Under the pieces are notes generated by a model that saw only the letters and a list, made by a program, of their open reading frames with translations, had not been told where the DNA came from and did not search any database. Shown here in pieces: positions 16,484 to 27,157 of a DNA stretch of 46,608 bases (position 1 is its first letter; each line of letters begins with the position of its first letter). The stretch is from positions 1-46,608 of the IMG/VR virus record IMGVR_UViG_3300032212_000025; one strand, written 5' to 3'. The position numbers and the translations under genes were made by a program. Source of the stretch: a virus (taxonomy: Duplodnaviria; Caudoviricetes).

Positions 16484-19400
16484 CTACTTACGCTCAGGAC
16501 CAAACAACAGTTGATGTACAGTGAAATCTTCACCTTCTTCAAGAACATCGTATAAATGCTCACCTGTTGACCATGCTTGATTCACCCCTGGAATACCGGT
16601 GGCAGCACCAATGAATTTAGTTGCACCTTTCACCTGACCTTTCGTGATCTCATCATCAGTGAAACCGCGTTCTACGATCTGAGGTAATGTACGTGTACCC
16701 TGCTCAATAACTGATGCTAATGGTGATATGTTGTACCCGAACTCACCTGTTGTCGCATTAGCTATATCTCGAATAAACGGGATTGATTGAGTCGGGAACA
16801 TTGCGACTTTAGTCAACATCATCTGCAGACGATCATCTTCATCTTCAGGTTCACCCAGCTCACCACGCATTATCATCTCGAATAGCACTGGGATTGTGAA
16901 TAAGAACATAGCTTTAGCAGCAACTGATGTGGTGGAGTATCGGCCAGTTTTAGCACCTTTCACCAGATCACGTTCCATGTTCCAGAGTGAACTGAAGAAC
17001 GTCATAAACATGGTGAACATACGACCTGTCTCAGCTTGACTACGCATGATACGTGCCATGTCTTTAGTTGCACCAGAACCTTGAACATTCTCAATCACCC
17101 AGTCAGCATATTGGAATGCACGTGTTTCATCACCCCAGTCACTCATGCCTTTGATATATGCCGCGTGCCAGCTGGGTAAATCAACCATGTAAGCCTGAAT
17201 ATAAGCAATATGTTTCATTGATGCTTCTTGAGCTGCTGCCAGCACACCACGCTTACCTTCAAGTCGCTTCATAGCGTTCTTGATCTCACGATCCATTGTC
17301 TGAGTTCGATGCTCTAATACCTGTGAATTCTCAACAGCAAAATCCCACGCTTGCTTGATAGTAGTAGAACTTCCTAATATTGTACGCATTGACTGCATTA
17401 CGTTATTCATACCAACTTCAGCAATGGTATTAGATAGACCACTGATCTGAATAATACCGGTGGAAGCCTTGAAGCCCATTGTACCCAGCGTTACACCGAA
17501 ACGTAGCTTCTGCAACATGTCATCCCAGAACATCTTTGTAGGAGCCTCACGACCGTCTTTAGCGATATCATTCAACCACGGTCGCAGCTGTGCATATTCT
17601 TCAGGACCCAGCTTCTCTTTAATCATCTGAGTAACTTGCTCATTACGAGTCAGCCGGTTGACCTCACGCACCGCGTCATGATGGGTGATGTAATGAATCG
17701 TTTCCTGGAAGTGAGCTGGCACCACGTCAAGACTTAATCGAATCGGTGCGTAGTACCCAGTACGCTCATTAGTGGCACCAGCGTTCACTGACGCTTGTAT
17801 GCTGGCATTATTACTGAACATCGATTCAGTCTCAGCATTCAGCTTATCTTCGTTTCGTGCAGCTCTGAGGTCACGATTAGGGTCATATTTGACTGGGTAG
17901 TAACCACCTTTCATCTCAATAGTTTCACCAGCGACTTCAACGGTCATAGGTGTTGCTTCAACTTTCGGTGGCGTTAACCCGGTAGTACGACGATGAACTT
18001 CAGCTAGTTTAGGGTAAAGTGTCTCCATCTGATCCCAGATCTTCTGTACCAGCTCCCAGTCAGATTTTGTCATACGTGACAGCACAGCCTGAAGCTTAGG
18101 ATTATCGAAACTGATATCTGTATCAACTTCAGGGTCAGCCCAACCTTCACCCAGTAGCATCTTCTTCAAATTACCCTGGTTACCAGTGTTCAATGCAACA
18201 GCTAAGATCTGATGACCGTATAAATTATCATCAATCTCAGGGATGAATACCTTCTGATTATGACGCTTCATATCAGATTTACTGCGATTCTCAATCAGGT
18301 CCATCACCGGTTTACCGGTTTCTTCCCACAATTTAATCTCAACATTATAAGCATCGGTGAATGGTTGCACCATGATCTGATGACTTAACCCTGCACGCTC
18401 ACCACCGTCGAGCCATGAAGCCATGAATGGGATCTTAGTCATTTGAGCCATGAACCAGCGACCGTAATTACGACCTTCAACCACATCAGTACGTTTACTG
18501 ACGAAACGAGTCTTGACCTTTTCATCCATACTGGTGACCCAACGATCAACCAGTTTATTGAAATCAATTTCTTCCTGCATTCGTGTCAGCTTATTAGCGT
18601 ACCGGGCAACATGCTCAATGTTACCTATTGATTCACTGATACCCTGTAAATCTGAGAACGGTACATTTTTCCAATGGGTGACATACGATTCATTTAACAC
18701 TGTGTTAGTTAATGTCAACCCATCACCAACTTCATTAATACGTTCAGCCATCCACGTATTAAGACTTTCAACTTCTTTTAATGTTGCGACTTTACGGAAT
18801 TCAAAACGACTCAGGATCTTGACGATCTGATCCCAATAACCACCTTCAACTTTCATGATGGTTTCACGTACTTTCTTTTTATTGTAACGCGCCATACGAT
18901 CAACAATTTTAGTTGTCTCGTTTTTAGCATTCGTTGCAGCCATGCCCAGATAATAGTTTGTGACCTGACGCATTTTCGCACCAGCTGCACCTTCTTTATT
19001 ACCTTCAGCCAACATGCGTGCAGCTTCCTGTGCTGCTCTGATCTCAGCTTTACGGTACTTACCAGGTTGAATTTGTCTGAATGATAATTTACCGACACGT
19101 TCTTCAGCCAGTGCTTTAATGGTTTGACGATCAACAGTAGGTGCATTCGTACCTTTCGCCAGTGCTTTCAGTTCAGCAAGGATCAACTTACCACGTTCTT
19201 CATTACGCACCGCTTCATCAGCTTCACGTTCAATCGTACCGTCAGTGAGAATATCACCGTGACGTTCAATCATACGCGCTTCAGCATTCGTCTCAGCTTG
19301 CACTTTAATAGCAGGTGCAGTGACTAAATCCATCAGCATCTCAGAACCTGAGCTGTAACCGAAAAATGCAGCTGCTTCATCCGGGTGAACACCTTGCATA

Positions 19401-22400
19401 CCTTTAGCAGTCATACCACGTAACTCAGGTGGGATGACAACAGAAGTGCGACCGAGTTTATTAGTCTTCTCTTCACCGGCTAATTCTTTAACGGTGGCAT
19501 GATCCAGTTTGACATCACCATCTTTTAATCGAGCACGAGTTGAATAAACCTGTTGCTTACCCAGTGAATCTGTTTCTTCATCGATGATGTCTTGCTTCTC
19601 TTCCTTCCACCACTCCTTAGTTTGACGTGTCAATTGTTTAATGATCTTGTCACGCAGAGTTTCAGATTGAACATCTTTCACTTTTTCTTGATTCGTTTGA
19701 TATTTAGCAAACTCATCTTCAGTCATCCCAGCCATCGCAGCATCAGTGAACAGCGGCTCCACACGTGCACGCGCCTCAGCCGCTTGAATCTGTTCTTCAG
19801 TGGCAATCAGACGATCAAATACCTGCCGCATTTCAGCATCAAGGTTCACGTTTAATTGACCACGTAGTGATTGATAGATACGTGACAACCAGCGTGCAAA
19901 TGCTCTGAATGCATTACGCAGTTCAATCGATGGTGATTTACCTTCCATCAAGTATGTTTCAAAACCACGCGCAAATTGTTCATGCACTGCACGACGGATT
20001 GCAGCATCTTTATCTTTGTTACCAGTGGTGTCTTGATCAAGGAAAGTGATCACGTCATCAGGAGTGATATCACCTTCTTTTGCAGTGGGTCGGTCAGTTG
20101 GTTGGAATAGTGCTTTCGCTTCATCGAATGTAGTCAGATCAATCGTTTCACTGATATATCGTTCTTCAGTAGTGATAACACCGTCATACCCATCAGCAAG
20201 TAATGCTTTACTTAATTTCTTACCAACCTTACCACCGTACTGTTTTGATAATGTTTCTTTCCATTGAAGGTTATCATTTGGCATAACTAATGGATTTTTG
20301 AATGTCAGCTTACCACCGATGAATTTACCTTCAGCTTCATCAGCTGTTTGCTTTGATGCAACATTTACAAAACGTGCTGCTGGTTCAAACTCACGACCAA
20401 ACGGTGCACCTTTTTTCGGTTTACCAAATAAAGCATTAGCTGATTCTGTATTGTGAATAAAATAGAAAGATACAGGTTTACCCGTTTCAACTAGATCAAC
20501 ATCACCCTGACCTGTTAATTCAACTGGTGCAACATCACCCTGCTTCAATGTATCGAAATCTTCACCCAGATAACTGTTCGCTTCTTTAGCCACGTCTTCA
20601 GCATTACGTTTATACCAGCTGTTGATGCTCTGTAGCATCTCGGTATCACCGTTCACTTCCATCTCATACATGAAGTGCGCGAACTCATGTAAGAACGTAG
20701 ACAGGTTAGCAGCTTCAGTTAATCTGATAATGCTGTTAGCAGGGTCATAGTAGCCGCGTGGTTGGCGTTTCTCTGGTGTTGGTTGGAATAATAATTGTTT
20801 CTGTTTAGCGATAACATCAGCACGTGAACCTTCGACTTTAGGATCGTAAGTTTTTACTTTTAATCCTTTAGATTTTAATAAGTCTGTTACTTTCTTCTGA
20901 GTACCCTTTGGTACGATAGCAGTATCAAACTCATCAATACCCACTGCACGTTGAATTTTTGCTTCAAAATATTCAGTCGGCATGTCACGTAATTTTGATA
21001 AGAATTCAGCAGCTTGAGTTCGCACATCATCAGGTACATTTTCAAAATCTGGCAACCCTTTACCACGCGCCATATCAAATAGATTTTCAGCAGCTGCATC
21101 AAGGAAACCGAAACCACTAGAATCATATTTGTAATAACTTCTTAATGACTCAACAACATTATCAAACTCATCACTTGTTTCCTTTTTCAAATCTTCCATA
21201 ACAGTTTTAGAAACAATTTTACCGCGTGATTCTTGAATCTTTTTAATTGTCTTAAATTGTGGTGCAGTAGCTGATCGAATTGTACCAATACCGTAATTGA
21301 AATTTTCCCCACCACGTAATTTTTTATTCATAATCTTGACGACATTATCAAGTGTATGAGCGATATATTTACGATTGCCAGATGGTGTATAACCGGTGAA
21401 TATTTTTTCAGCAGCAACAGCATCGCTGAATGTTTCGTTTATCCATTCTTTAAATGCAGCTTGAGCTTTAATTGTTTCAAGTTTTTTATTTAATTGTCGA
21501 TCAATTTCATAACTATCAACTTGTTTCGGTTTATGGAATTGTTCAACAGTGTAAGCGAGATCTTGAACAAAACGATCTTTTATCACACCATCTTCAGTGA
21601 AGTAAGTTTTTCTATAATCCGCTAACCAAAAATCATACTCATTCTGATCACCTGCTTCAGCAATTGCACGTGCGTTTTTTTCTGCTTTTTCAGTATAATG
21701 TTTATCAGCTGCTGCAATGAATTCATCATCACGCATTAAATTAAATTTATCACCTTTAAACTTTTTAAGATGAGCAGGGATTGACTCTTTCTTTTTGTAT
21801 TTAATTTTAGGTGCTTTACCTATTGAATCAAAATACGCATATCTTGCACCGGTGTCATAATATAATTCTGGTAAACCACGTGATTCAATATCAGCTCTAA
21901 TCACAGGTAAACCAACATCGATTAATTTTTCATTTAATGGATCAACAATTTTATTGTATTCTTTATTGTCAATCTGATAAACAACTTGAGGGTAACGTGG
22001 TGAATAAATATCAGCACCGAATGTTTTTGCGTAAGGGTCCTGAAGTAATTCTTTTTCAGCAAGTAAACTAACCTCACCGAAACCTTCAAACCCTGCTTTA
22101 GTGCTTGCAATAGCTAATGAGGGTGTTGCTAATCCACCAATATCTTCAGCATGAAGAAGGTTATCGATTGATAAATTATGAGCGACAAATAAATCACGTT
22201 CTGGTTCAACTGGTTTTTCCTGAAAAAACTTCTGAGTTTCTTCAGCTGCAGGTGGGTGAATAACTTGATCTGCATCAAATACCACAAAGTTAACAGGACC
22301 ATCGATCTCACGATAATCAAAGATAACAGCGTCAAACCCCTGCTTCTTCAGTTCTTCTCGATGAGCGTGGGCATCATCCAGTGAATCAAATGCAGGGGTG

Positions 22401-25045
22401 GTGTCAGGTGTATAGATTTTCGGTTTACGAACATCAAGATGAACCTGTTCAACAATGGGTCCGTAACCACTAGCAACACCATGATCAGATGATAGGTAAA
22501 CACCTAATCCTGAGATCGGATGCCCAGTAGCCCCGCCAAGCGACTCTTTAGCGAAGTCTTTTTCGGTGAGCTTTCTGCTGGCTCCACGGTGGACGATTGC
22601 TGGCTTACCTCCTCGAAGGACGCGAGTTGCTGTGCGCCAGGTGTCGTCAACTTCCCTTCCGCTGACAGTTCTGTAAGGGATTTCTGGGGCTTGTACTCTC
22701 CCAGGTCGAAGGGCTGCGAATTCTTCGAGGAGTTTTTGTTGTTGTTCGGCATCTGTAATTTCCTCAACTTCTATACCTTCAGTTATTGTAGCAGGTTGTG
22801 GAACATCTGCAATAGTCGGTTGTTCAAACGGTCTTTTACCTGCTAATTCAGCGTTCACCATGCGACCGATTGATTGTTTTAATCCCGGTGTTATTTCATA
22901 TTGATCAAGTTCTTCAGATAATGCAGCATTAATTGCTTGACTCGGAAAATCAAACCCTAACCAATCGTTCTGATCCAACTGATTAATGAAATTACGGTAC
23001 TCAGGACCAAACTGATCAGACGCTTCTAACACTTCTGAAACTTCAGCGTCTTCAGGTAAAACATCAAGGAATTTGTCACGAGCTGATTCAAATATTTCAG
23101 GTGCATCTTTGAATGCAGGTTCTTGCTCCAACACCATCTCACCTTCAAGACGTGCACGCTCACCGGTTGCTGGACCTTCAATGACCAGACCTGCATCTTG
23201 ATACACCTGCTGCACTGTCTTACCCTGGCGACGTGCCTGAGCTGTAGCCCATGCAGGTACAATCTGAGCCATGATTGAAGCGTTAGCAGGTGTCACTTGC
23301 CCTGTATCGATTAACTGATCACGTACAGCACTGTAGATCTCCTGAGCTTCAACGTATTCACTGGCGTTCTCCTGAGCTTCATCCATCAAACTTCTGACAT
23401 AAGTCTCAGTTTCCTGTTTGGCTTGCTCCTGACGAAACGGTGATACAGTCTCGTCACTCATCGTCATGCTGTCACGCAGTGCTTCAAAATGTTCAGTACC
23501 AGCGAAATCAGCTGCAAAATCAGCGACCGGGATCTGTATATCATTACCTTGAGCAGAAGCTTCACGCGCCTGATCAGCTAATAACTGCAGTGCAGGATCA
23601 GCTTCAATCTCTTCACGAGTTTTATCTTGTAAATACAATGAAGTCTGAGCACCATCAATGAACACATGAGTATTATTCTCACCGTCAGATTGCTCAACAA
23701 ACTGTTTAAATGATTCTTTATCACGCTCACGCAGTTTTGATTTTTCAGATTGTTCATTCAATCGATCAATTTTCTGCTGCTCAATATCACCCTGAGTTTC
23801 TTTTTTATTCTCATCCTGAGTCAGTGCTTCAATACCTTTACGCAAACCGGTAGCAGCTGTAACTTGAGCACCACCGGCTACTACTGTTGCAATAGCAGTG
23901 ATTGCCTGACGACGTAACTGAAGTTGAATCATCTCTTCAACAGATTCATTTTGCTCCATTTCTTTATCAAGACCGAAAGCATAAGAATTGAGACTCTGAC
24001 CCAGTGTAGCCAGTTGTTCAGTACCCATTTCCTGAATCATGAATTTCAATGCAGATTTAGTCATCCCTGTACTTTTACCAGTGATGATAGTCTCAATAGT
24101 TTTCGTCGGTAATATTTCAGTACCGACTTCAATAGCTGCATCAATACCTGCAAACCAGCCAGCTTCAGCTGGTGTCAGACCCTCAGCACGACCTTCACCG
24201 TATGAACCGGTAAATGTCTGTGCACCGATTGTAGTAAGTAATGGTGCAGCACGACCACCTGATAACAGCATCAACATAGTACCAGGTGCCATATTACCCA
24301 ATGACTCAATGCCAGCCCTTAAACCTTCCTGAAGCAAATTCAAATCTTCAGGTGTTAACTGCTGGCGTTTTTCTTGTAATTCACGTAACTCAGTTAATAA
24401 TTTATCGATCGATTCTTTTTTTACTTTTTGCAACTCCTCATCAGTGGTGATACCCATTGATTCAGCAAATCGGGTTGACATCATTTGAGTTTCAGAAACT
24501 GACATTATGCCCATCGGCATAGCACCTACAGGGATTAGATCCTGAATACGATCAGGTGCTACATCAACACCGGCTAATTCAAACCCTTTACCCTGAGCAC
24601 TGAAACCGGTAAGAATGGACTCACCTACACCTTCAAGTGATCGAGCGGCACCTTGAGCAGCTGCTACTGCATTTTCTGCAGCAAATCTCCCCGGTGCTAA
24701 TAAAACGTCTTCGATGGTTTGTAATACTTCGATATCGTCTTGAGCAATAACAGAGTTGTTAAAATCCGTTAAATATTTTGCAGTATTAGGGTTACGTGTA
24801 GACATTTGCTTGAAATCGATATTATCTAATTTCAAATTATGTTCTACTTCAGCAGGATCTGATTGAACAGCAAATTCAGGTACACCGGATTGTTGACTGA
24901 GTTTAGTGGTTTGCGCGTGCTGATCTGGATTGATCTTCAATGCCTCATCCATATTCGCACGAACCTGAGTATTTACTTCAGGTTGAGTATCATCGTCACC
25001 GATGCCGAAACCACCGAGGTCAATCTTCTCAAGATCTAAAGGCAT
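16484..25045 (-). CDS. Giant internal virion/ejection protein (large polyvalent protein) with a zincin HExxH domain and ART-like modules
   Basis: Occupies the position of the largest ejection protein; STFLHEFAH...HEQFARGFETYLMEGKSPS; C-terminal GGYYPVKYDP region; inserted modules containing GFDAVI and GYDGVI motifs. Confidence 0.8.
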   Translation of the reverse strand: MPLDLEKIDLGGFGIGDDDTQPEVNTQVRANMDEALKINPDQHAQTTKLSQQSGVPEFAVQSDPAEVEHNLKLDNIDFKQMSTRNPNTAKYLTDFNNSVIAQDDIEVLQTIEDVLLAPGRFAAENAVAAAQGAARSLEGVGESILTGFSAQGKGFELAGVDVAPDRIQDLIPVGAMPMGIMSVSETQMMSTRFAESMGITTDEELQKVKKESIDKLLTELRELQEKRQQLTPEDLNLLQEGLRAGIESLGNMAPGTMLMLLSGGRAAPLLTTIGAQTFTGSYGEGRAEGLTPAEAGWFAGIDAAIEVGTEILPTKTIETIITGKSTGMTKSALKFMIQEMGTEQLATLGQSLNSYAFGLDKEMEQNESVEEMIQLQLRRQAITAIATVVAGGAQVTAATGLRKGIEALTQDENKKETQGDIEQQKIDRLNEQSEKSKLRERDKESFKQFVEQSDGENNTHVFIDGAQTSLYLQDKTREEIEADPALQLLADQAREASAQGNDIQIPVADFAADFAGTEHFEALRDSMTMSDETVSPFRQEQAKQETETYVRSLMDEAQENASEYVEAQEIYSAVRDQLIDTGQVTPANASIMAQIVPAWATAQARRQGKTVQQVYQDAGLVIEGPATGERARLEGEMVLEQEPAFKDAPEIFESARDKFLDVLPEDAEVSEVLEASDQFGPEYRNFINQLDQNDWLGFDFPSQAINAALSEELDQYEITPGLKQSIGRMVNAELAGKRPFEQPTIADVPQPATITEGIEVEEITDAEQQQKLLEEFAALRPGRVQAPEIPYRTVSGREVDDTWRTATRVLRGGKPAIVHRGASRKLTEKDFAKESLGGATGHPISGLGVYLSSDHGVASGYGPIVEQVHLDVRKPKIYTPDTTPAFDSLDDAHAHREELKKQGFDAVIFDYREIDGPVNFVVFDADQVIHPPAAEETQKFFQEKPVEPERDLFVAHNLSIDNLLHAEDIGGLATPSLAIASTKAGFEGFGEVSLLAEKELLQDPYAKTFGADIYSPRYPQVVYQIDNKEYNKIVDPLNEKLIDVGLPVIRADIESRGLPELYYDTGARYAYFDSIGKAPKIKYKKKESIPAHLKKFKGDKFNLMRDDEFIAAADKHYTEKAEKNARAIAEAGDQNEYDFWLADYRKTYFTEDGVIKDRFVQDLAYTVEQFHKPKQVDSYEIDRQLNKKLETIKAQAAFKEWINETFSDAVAAEKIFTGYTPSGNRKYIAHTLDNVVKIMNKKLRGGENFNYGIGTIRSATAPQFKTIKKIQESRGKIVSKTVMEDLKKETSDEFDNVVESLRSYYKYDSSGFGFLDAAAENLFDMARGKGLPDFENVPDDVRTQAAEFLSKLRDMPTEYFEAKIQRAVGIDEFDTAIVPKGTQKKVTDLLKSKGLKVKTYDPKVEGSRADVIAKQKQLLFQPTPEKRQPRGYYDPANSIIRLTEAANLSTFLHEFAHFMYEMEVNGDTEMLQSINSWYKRNAEDVAKEANSYLGEDFDTLKQGDVAPVELTGQGDVDLVETGKPVSFYFIHNTESANALFGKPKKGAPFGREFEPAARFVNVASKQTADEAEGKFIGGKLTFKNPLVMPNDNLQWKETLSKQYGGKVGKKLSKALLADGYDGVITTEERYISETIDLTTFDEAKALFQPTDRPTAKEGDITPDDVITFLDQDTTGNKDKDAAIRRAVHEQFARGFETYLMEGKSPSIELRNAFRAFARWLSRIYQSLRGQLNVNLDAEMRQVFDRLIATEEQIQAAEARARVEPLFTDAAMAGMTEDEFAKYQTNQEKVKDVQSETLRDKIIKQLTRQTKEWWKEEKQDIIDEETDSLGKQQVYSTRARLKDGDVKLDHATVKELAGEEKTNKLGRTSVVIPPELRGMTAKGMQGVHPDEAAAFFGYSSGSEMLMDLVTAPAIKVQAETNAEARMIERHGDILTDGTIEREADEAVRNEERGKLILAELKALAKGTNAPTVDRQTIKALAEERVGKLSFRQIQPGKYRKAEIRAAQEAARMLAEGNKEGAAGAKMRQVTNYYLGMAATNAKNETTKIVDRMARYNKKKVRETIMKVEGGYWDQIVKILSRFEFRKVATLKEVESLNTWMAERINEVGDGLTLTNTVLNESYVTHWKNVPFSDLQGISESIGNIEHVARYANKLTRMQEEIDFNKLVDRWVTSMDEKVKTRFVSKRTDVVEGRNYGRWFMAQMTKIPFMASWLDGGERAGLSHQIMVQPFTDAYNVEIKLWEETGKPVMDLIENRSKSDMKRHNQKVFIPEIDDNLYGHQILAVALNTGNQGNLKKMLLGEGWADPEVDTDISFDNPKLQAVLSRMTKSDWELVQKIWDQMETLYPKLAEVHRRTTGLTPPKVEATPMTVEVAGETIEMKGGYYPVKYDPNRDLRAARNEDKLNAETESMFSNNASIQASVNAGATNERTGYYAPIRLSLDVVPAHFQETIHYITHHDAVREVNRLTRNEQVTQMIKEKLGPEEYAQLRPWLNDIAKDGREAPTKMFWDDMLQKLRFGVTLGTMGFKASTGIIQISGLSNTIAEVGMNNVMQSMRTILGSSTTIKQAWDFAVENSQVLEHRTQTMDREIKNAMKRLEGKRGVLAAAQEASMKHIAYIQAYMVDLPSWHAAYIKGMSDWGDETRAFQYADWVIENVQGSGATKDMARIMRSQAETGRMFTMFMTFFSSLWNMERDLVKGAKTGRYSTTSVAAKAMFLFTIPVLFEMIMRGELGEPEDEDDRLQMMLTKVAMFPTQSIPFIRDIANATTGEFGYNISPLASVIEQGTRTLPQIVERGFTDDEITKGQVKGATKFIGAATGIPGVNQAWSTGEHLYDVLEEGEDFTVHQLLFGPERK
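22504..22752 (-). CDS. Candidate nested overlapping gene (82 aa, MPNNNKNSSK...) inside the giant protein gene
   Basis: GAGGA Shine-Dalgarno 8 nt before ATG 22752; hydrophilic composition unlike most shadow ORFs of this genome. Confidence 0.45.
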   Translation of the reverse strand: MPNNNKNSSKNSQPFDLGEYKPQKSLTELSAEGKLTTPGAQQLASFEEVSQQSSTVEPAESSPKKTSLKSRLAGLLGIRSQD

Positions 25046-26649
25046 TATTTACTCGCTTGTTTATAGGCTTTAATCAAATTATCAGTTGTTACTGGAACAT
25101 TATTATCACGTAAGAATTTACTCAGCACCGGTACATCATCAGTAGGTATATCAGTCAAATCTAATTTACTATCAAAGAAACGACCTTCCTGTACTACAGC
25201 GCGTGTTAACCCTGATAATAAATCAGTATATTCTTCAGATGTTAATTTAGCACCTTTTTCTTCTTCACGGAAATTCACTTCATCATCAAGCAATGAATAA
25301 AAATCATTAGCCCGTTCACGTTTGTTTTTATTCCATTTTGATTTCTTACTACCCAGTAATTGTTCAATCGCAGCTGTCGTCTGAGCAGACCGAGTACGAC
25401 CTACCTGGTGATCAGTTTTATCTTTTGACGATCCTGTGCCATTGGCTGACTTCACTGCACTGATTAATTTACTACGTTCAGATTTTGCTAATTTATCAAA
25501 GTGTTCAACAGGGTCAACTTTCGCTAATTCAGATTTTGGAAGCAGCATCAAATTACTAAACGTATTCCAATCAGTGGTTGATACAATACCAGACTCAATA
25601 CTACGTTGTTGTTTTGGTGATAGGTTTTCCCAGTCTTCAGGGTTAGCCGCTTTATATGACTCAGCTGAACCACCTTCAAGAATATGACCTTCAGCGTCTT
25701 CAAAAGCTGAAGCACGAGCTTCTGATTCAGCTTGTTTTTTACGAGAAAATTGACTCATTGTTTCAGTCATTGTTTTCTTGCGTAAATCTTCATCTTCAAT
25801 TTTATTAACTTCTTCTATGGCATCACCGCGATCACCGTACTGATCAACTAAACGGGTGGCTGTGGCGACTGCTAAACGTGCGTCATTTTGAGTCTTTTCA
25901 GATTTCTCTTTTTTCTCAATCAGACTTTGCATCTTAACTTTGTCAGGGCCTTCTAATCGATCACCGTAATCTTCAAGTGCAAGCTTACCTTCAATGGCAC
26001 CTGCCTGAGTAGCTGCTTCAATAGTTGATCGTGCAAATGATGACTCAAATGTTTGTAATTTTTCAGCAGTTGCTTCAGGTCCTAAACCTAACATATCAGA
26101 TGAATCAATCACTGCCTGACGACCGAGTACGTTCTGAACTTTTAATCGTTCAGGGTCGTTAAAATATAATGATGCGTTTTCAATTGAATTCTCAGCTTGC
26201 GAATCAAGTGTAGATATTTCCCACGCTTTAAGACCTTTTGATGCATGACGTGCAATATCTAATTGACTACGGTTGATATGTTTATCAGCAGACCGATCAA
26301 ATAACAATTTTGCATTCTGATTAAGATTCTCACCGTATTGCTTTTTCAGATCTTCAAGTGACTGTGTAGCAGCAGTTGAATTATCATAAGCATTTTTACC
26401 CTGAGTATTAAAATAACCGGTGTCAGGGTTAAAGAATAGGTTGTTTTTATCACGCTCAAATTGAACCAGAGATTCTTCTGCAGATGTGATATCAACACGT
26501 TGTTTAAGTGCAGCACCCGCTTTAACTATGTCAGCAATACCTTTACCAATGGCACCACCGAAAGCTGCGGCTGGTACATCTTTCGCTTTAGGTTGTTTTA
26601 CTACTTCTGTAGTAATTTGACTGGGTTGATATTGTTCAATTTTAGGCAT
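25045..26649 (-). CDS. Internal virion (ejection) protein
   Basis: Helical 534-aa protein, MPKI..Y N-terminus, GYFNTQGKNA motif; conserved position before the giant protein. Confidence 0.7.
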   Translation of the reverse strand: MPKIEQYQPSQITTEVVKQPKAKDVPAAAFGGAIGKGIADIVKAGAALKQRVDITSAEESLVQFERDKNNLFFNPDTGYFNTQGKNAYDNSTAATQSLEDLKKQYGENLNQNAKLLFDRSADKHINRSQLDIARHASKGLKAWEISTLDSQAENSIENASLYFNDPERLKVQNVLGRQAVIDSSDMLGLGPEATAEKLQTFESSFARSTIEAATQAGAIEGKLALEDYGDRLEGPDKVKMQSLIEKKEKSEKTQNDARLAVATATRLVDQYGDRGDAIEEVNKIEDEDLRKKTMTETMSQFSRKKQAESEARASAFEDAEGHILEGGSAESYKAANPEDWENLSPKQQRSIESGIVSTTDWNTFSNLMLLPKSELAKVDPVEHFDKLAKSERSKLISAVKSANGTGSSKDKTDHQVGRTRSAQTTAAIEQLLGSKKSKWNKNKRERANDFYSLLDDEVNFREEEKGAKLTSEEYTDLLSGLTRAVVQEGRFFDSKLDLTDIPTDDVPVLSKFLRDNNVPVTTDNLIKAYKQASK

Positions 26650-26654
26650 AATTG

Positions 26655-27155
26655 TTACCGGTTAGCTGCACTATTTGGTTTGAACCATTTATCGGCTACC
26701 CCTGTACCTAAAAATGTACTGGTACCACTGAGTATCGTACCACCTGCACCAGACACCCCTGCTGATTCTGCAGCTTCACCTTGACTCAATGTTAAACTGG
26801 CACCTGTTTCTAATGACCGAGCCTTTGCTTCAAAATTACTACGAATACGCAATGCATCAGCTTCACCCAGTGTAACGGTATCTTCTTGTAATTGCAGAGC
26901 TGATCCACTACTCAATTCAACATTAGCTGCACCTAATTGTGCGCGTTGTTTTGCGAGTAATTGCGCAGTCTTTTGTCGTTGAATATTCTCAGCCTCAACA
27001 CCTGCACGACGTGTTTCTTGAGCACGATTTTCATCAACACGAGCATTATATTCAGCAACACCCTTGCGGTACTTACCTTGCTGGTATTGACCCCTAGCTA
27101 CAAGTGCTGTTGAAGCAACAGTTGCTACCGCTGCTATTGTTGCTGGTTCACACAT
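26655..27155 (-). CDS. Internal virion protein (T7 gp14-like position)
   Basis: MCEPATIAA start, Ala/Gly-rich, QRAQLGAANVELSSGSAL motif. Confidence 0.75.
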   Translation of the reverse strand: MCEPATIAAVATVASTALVARGQYQQGKYRKGVAEYNARVDENRAQETRRAGVEAENIQRQKTAQLLAKQRAQLGAANVELSSGSALQLQEDTVTLGEADALRIRSNFEAKARSLETGASLTLSQGEAAESAGVSGAGGTILSGTSTFLGTGVADKWFKPNSAANR

Positions 27156-27157
27156 TG

